Shown piece after piece: positions 60,671-64,000 of a DNA stretch of 64,000 nt. Numbering within the stretch: the first letter of the stretch is position 1; each line of letters starts with the position of its first letter. This DNA comes from Candidatus Undinarchaeales archaeon (GTDB lineage: Archaea > Undinarchaeota > Undinarchaeia > Undinarchaeales > JALTGF01): positions 23,323 to 87,322 of the forward strand of contig JAWOEA010000004.1 in NCBI GenBank assembly GCA_046483005.1, written 5' to 3'. Position numbers and translations under genes: made by a program. The notes beneath the pieces are model-generated. The model did no database searches and was not told the origin of the DNA. It was given only the letters and a program-made list of their open reading frames with translations.

Positions 60671-60823
60671 ATGCCTTGGAAAATAAAACCTATCGATAAA
60701 TCAAAAATAAAAAAAGATAAATTATTATTAGAAAACCTTTTAGGAGAACTTTCAAAGAAAAAAGAAACTCCTAAAGTGAAAAAGTTAAAAGCAGAAATTG
60801 AAAAGATAAAAGAAGAACTCTAG
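60671..60823 (+). CDS. Possible small basic helical protein (50 aa)
   Basis: Hand translation MPWKIKPIDKSKIKKDKLLLENLLGELSKKKETPKVKKLKAEIEKIKEEL. TATA-like TTTATA upstream. Confidence 0.5.
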   Translation: MPWKIKPIDKSKIKKDKLLLENLLGELSKKKETPKVKKLKAEIEKIKEEL

Positions 60824-60825
60824 AA

Positions 60826-62133
60826 TTAATTTATAGTTTCTACAAGAATCGGCAACTCACTATTTTTACTTTCCAATATTTTTTTAATGCCTTTTTTAAT
60901 TTCTTCTCTTTGTAGTTTACAAAATTTTTCTGGAGGATCAGTATAACTTTTATTTTTTTCCTGATTTTCAACATAACAACTGCCTCCACAGTTCCACTTT
61001 GCAAAACATTTCTCGCATTTTTTGGACTTATGTATGGTAATTGATCTTATTTTCTTCAATTTATTTTTATTCATTTCAACACCTTTTGTAGTAACTTTAC
61101 CACAAATAAATTTATCATAGCATTTTCTATCAGCGTCCGTCATACCGTAACAGGTAGTTATATCTTTATTAGGAAGAACCATTAAATCTCCCGCGGGCAC
61201 TCCGCAATAAATACATTTAAGTGTAAAAATGTCTTTTAGTGTTTTTCTAGGTATTTTCACTGTTATCTCCTTTTTTTTGCCTAATGTTTTAGCTTTTTTA
61301 TATGATTTAATCAATTCTGATCTCTTTGGCGCTTTTATATTTGTTTTTAAACAGCGTCCTTTTTCTAAAACAACGCTCATGCCTAATTTTTTTATTCCAA
61401 GTTTTTTGGCATTTTCTATAATCTCTTCAATTTTATCACTTTCTTTTTTTGTCATAGGAAATGATATCATATAATCTACTCCAAATTTATTTAAGAGCCT
61501 AATATTTTTCTCTATCATTTTATATGATTTTTTACCGGAAGCAAGAGGTCTGTATTTATTCTGAAATTTTTTCAATAAATGAGCAGTAATTATTACTTTT
61601 GTATTATTTTCTTTAAACCACTTTGCAACTTCATCACTAAATGTCCCATTTGTAAATATTCTTGTAGCTATCTCTAAATTTTTTTTAGATGTTTTTTTTG
61701 CATATTCAACTGATTTTTTCATCAGTTCAAATTCAAGGGTCGGCTCCCCACCATAAAAGTAAATAACTAGTGTATTGGATTTTTTTGGAAGTGTCTTTAA
61801 TTTATAGTCAATAGCTTTTTTTGCAGTATTCCAATCCATCGATTTTTTATTTTTACCGCCTGAAACGTAACAGTAAATGCATCTCATATTGCAATTCTGT
61901 GTTAAAAGCAAACCAATTTCATTTGTTGTTTTTGGTTTTTTTAAACGCTTAGCGACCGGATATTTTTTTGCTTTGTTTTTTAAAGTCTCTAATGTTTCTG
62001 ACTTTGTAATTTCTCCTATTATGCCTTTTCGAGGACAATAGAATATCTTTTTTTCACCAATGTCTATCAAAAAATATTCCGAGTTTTTTTTAGAATTTAT
62101 TATATCTTCATATACTATCCTTTTTACAGTCAT
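60826..62133 (-). CDS. Radical SAM/SPASM-domain peptide maturase
   Basis: CNMRCIYC, YGGEP, SPASM cysteines C..CG...C...CEKC..KWNCGGSC...C. Confidence 0.93.
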   Translation of the reverse strand: MTVKRIVYEDIINSKKNSEYFLIDIGEKKIFYCPRKGIIGEITKSETLETLKNKAKKYPVAKRLKKPKTTNEIGLLLTQNCNMRCIYCYVSGGKNKKSMDWNTAKKAIDYKLKTLPKKSNTLVIYFYGGEPTLEFELMKKSVEYAKKTSKKNLEIATRIFTNGTFSDEVAKWFKENNTKVIITAHLLKKFQNKYRPLASGKKSYKMIEKNIRLLNKFGVDYMISFPMTKKESDKIEEIIENAKKLGIKKLGMSVVLEKGRCLKTNIKAPKRSELIKSYKKAKTLGKKKEITVKIPRKTLKDIFTLKCIYCGVPAGDLMVLPNKDITTCYGMTDADRKCYDKFICGKVTTKGVEMNKNKLKKIRSITIHKSKKCEKCFAKWNCGGSCYVENQEKNKSYTDPPEKFCKLQREEIKKGIKKILESKNSELPILVETIN

Positions 62134-62235
62134 TTTAATTACCTTTTAGATTTCTAATTATGATTACTGAGACTACTTGTTCTCCTTATTTATGAAAATT
62201 CTCTTACGATTTACTATTTTTTTATTTATACTGTA

Positions 62236-62424
62236 TTAGAACATAGAAGAATCCGGCGCTGCCCAGCAATAATTGCATGCCTTTATAGTATTCTCGTCTT
62301 TATGTTCAATCATTGCACCTTTAACTTTATCTTTACAACTTGGATCAAGATCTAGTTTTACTACTTTAGTCATTATGTCTTCTACCTTTTTGTCTTTTAT
62401 TCCTTTACCTTTTCCATTTGTCAT
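62236..62424 (-). CDS. Candidate RiPP precursor peptide (62 aa, core CNYCWAAPDSSMF)
   Basis: Strong Shine-Dalgarno GGAGGTGA 8 nt upstream. Charged leader, Cys/aromatic C-terminal core. Directly upstream of the rSAM gene on the same strand. Confidence 0.75.
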   Translation of the reverse strand: MTNGKGKGIKDKKVEDIMTKVVKLDLDPSCKDKVKGAMIEHKDENTIKACNYCWAAPDSSMF

Positions 62425-62508
62425 TTTCTAGTTCACCTCCTTTTCCATTTTATCTTAATATACTTTAATTAAACAAACTTTATATCTTTTCCCATCTACT
62501 TTTAAGAT

Positions 62509-63522
62509 ATGAATATCACAAAAAGCAGAGTATCTGAACTCTGGAAATTAAGCAGAGAAAAATATCCGGACAAATATTCTCTATCTGAAAAAAGCAATAA
62601 CTTACTAAAAGAAGAAAAAATACCAATTTCTGTTCCAACTCTCCATTTTAAATCAGAAAACATTTCAGCTTATCAAAGCCATTCACAGAGGTCTGCCTGG
62701 CTGCATAAACCTTGGAAATCAAAAAAAGTTTGGTATCCGGGAATAGAATACAAGGGAATAGGTGACAACGGAAATAAAATAAGGTCTTTGGGAAAGACTG
62801 CCTGGGGCGGACTTGAATTAGAAAAAACAACCCTAGAGCATAAGTTTTCAAGAAAAGCATTCAACGCCGGAATTTTCTGCCAGAGACCGATTGCCTGCTA
62901 TGAATACGGCGAATTCAAAGGAAAAAAGTTAGCAGTTTTGGTCAGAACATTTGTTTCTCCTTTAAGGCTGTCTGATTTCCATTTTGATGAGGAATTCCTT
63001 TCGAAATATTTGGACTTTAGAGAACAAACTGAAGAAGAATATGTAAACTCATTAGCAGAAATACTTGGAAAAAACGTAAGAAAATTATTCGATATTGGTC
63101 TAATCCACGGCTCGTTAGAAATGAATAATATAACTACAGAAGGAGAACTGGCTGATTTTGAACCAACAAGCGGAGGAACATGGGAAGGCGTAATGGAAAA
63201 CAAGGAGCCGAAATTTAGAGTTTTAACTTTAACAAGACTATTTTCAGCCATTAATGATATTTTTACTGAAACGGATACCTTTCTAAATACTTTTACAGAA
63301 ATGTTTTTCAATAAAAATATAAGTTTAAGTTCAAATTTCCCTGAAAAAGAAATAGTAGAAAAGTATATAGGAAAGGAACTTACTGAAGAAGACCTGAAAA
63401 TTAAGTTTCCCGAATTTAAAAATATAGAGAAAGCAAAGAAAATTCTCAAAAAAGCCAGAAAGAAAACCACTTCTGAAAAGGAAAAGAAACGATTAGATTT
63501 TATTTTGAAAGAACTAGGTTAA
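62509..63522 (+). CDS. SelO/YdiU-like kinase-fold protein
   Basis: EYKGIG, LAVLVR...LRLSDF and GLIHGSLEMNNITTEGELADFEP are collinear with SelO motifs LKGxG, AVxxR...IRFG and GFxHGVMNTDN...DYGP. Confidence 0.65.
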   Translation: MNITKSRVSELWKLSREKYPDKYSLSEKSNNLLKEEKIPISVPTLHFKSENISAYQSHSQRSAWLHKPWKSKKVWYPGIEYKGIGDNGNKIRSLGKTAWGGLELEKTTLEHKFSRKAFNAGIFCQRPIACYEYGEFKGKKLAVLVRTFVSPLRLSDFHFDEEFLSKYLDFREQTEEEYVNSLAEILGKNVRKLFDIGLIHGSLEMNNITTEGELADFEPTSGGTWEGVMENKEPKFRVLTLTRLFSAINDIFTETDTFLNTFTEMFFNKNISLSSNFPEKEIVEKYIGKELTEEDLKIKFPEFKNIEKAKKILKKARKKTTSEKEKKRLDFILKELG

Positions 63523-63561
63523 ACGCCAATATTTTTATACTTCTTTTCATTATCAACTCCC

Positions 63562-64000
63562 ATGCACTTAATACCCAAAAAGTCAAGCCTTAAAAAATTC
63601 TGGCGGATTATGAGCTACTCCAAAGCCCATAAATGGAACTTTGTGGTTTTGTTCATTCTAACAATTTTAATTTCAGGAATCGCACTTGTAAATCCTTACC
63701 TAGTTAAAATCTTAATTGATGATGTTTTATTGTCTCAGAATTTCGATTTATTTTTCCTAATTCTTCTAGTATTTTTGGGAATGTTTGTTGTTGGCTCCCT
63801 AATAAATATTGCACTCAATTATGTATCAACTAAATTGACTGCAAATCTTGTTTTAGATGTAAAGAAAGATCTTTTCGAGCATTTAGAAAACCTCCATCTT
63901 GGTTTTTATCATTCAAAGAAAGTAGGTGATATTCTCTCAAGATTGAATGATGACGTTTACGGCGTTGAAGCTTTTTTAAAAACAGTAATTAATGAGGTTC
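63562..64000 (+). CDS. ABC exporter, N-terminal transmembrane domain (runs off the right edge)
   Basis: Hand translation ...VNPYLVKILIDDVL...DVKKDLFEHLENLHLGFYHSKKVGDILSRLNDDV... Not in the ORF track because there is no stop in the window. Confidence 0.9.
   Translation, partial: MHLIPKKSSLKKFWRIMSYSKAHKWNFVVLFILTILISGIALVNPYLVKILIDDVLLSQNFDLFFLILLVFLGMFVVGSLINIALNYVSTKLTANLVLDVKKDLFEHLENLHLGFYHSKKVGDILSRLNDDVYGVEAFLKTVINEV

Noticed and set aside
8266..63470. Numerous antisense or out-of-frame ORFs of 60-190 aa overlapping recognised genes
   Set aside because: Shadow ORFs with Phe/Ser/Leu-rich composition mirroring the Lys/Glu-rich coding strand.

Overview
Core chromosomal window of an AT-rich archaeon. 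The gene content and compact, largely leaderless layout suggest DPANN or a related lineage (inference only). It holds a canonical Orc1/Cdc6-linked replication origin (five ORB boxes around an AT-rich DUE, about 43.9-44.5 kb) followed by cdc6-DP1-DP2. Housekeeping genes include PolB, TopA, Cdc48, RadB, Hef, Lhr, a pyrimidine/PRPP cluster, a serine cluster with SerRS and tRNA-Pro(CGG). No CRISPR array, transposase, integrase or intein was seen. Five stretches are not explained by housekeeping annotation. (1) A 3.7 kb locus (25863-29540) with three winged-helix and three membrane-protein genes, enclosed by two mirror-image non-coding arms of oriented TGTGAG boxes with imperfect terminal inverted repeats. 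(2) A candidate RiPP cluster at the right edge: a CNYCW precursor peptide, a radical SAM/SPASM maturase, a SelO/YdiU-like kinase-fold enzyme and an ABC exporter. (3) An origin-adjacent wHTH gene whose upstream region shares an exact 16-bp box with the DUE edge. (4) A tandem array of small NIL/ACT-like genes with duplicated promoter junctions. (5) Heptamer-repeat tracts bracketing one gene. All assignments come from motif recognition by eye; no database searches were run.
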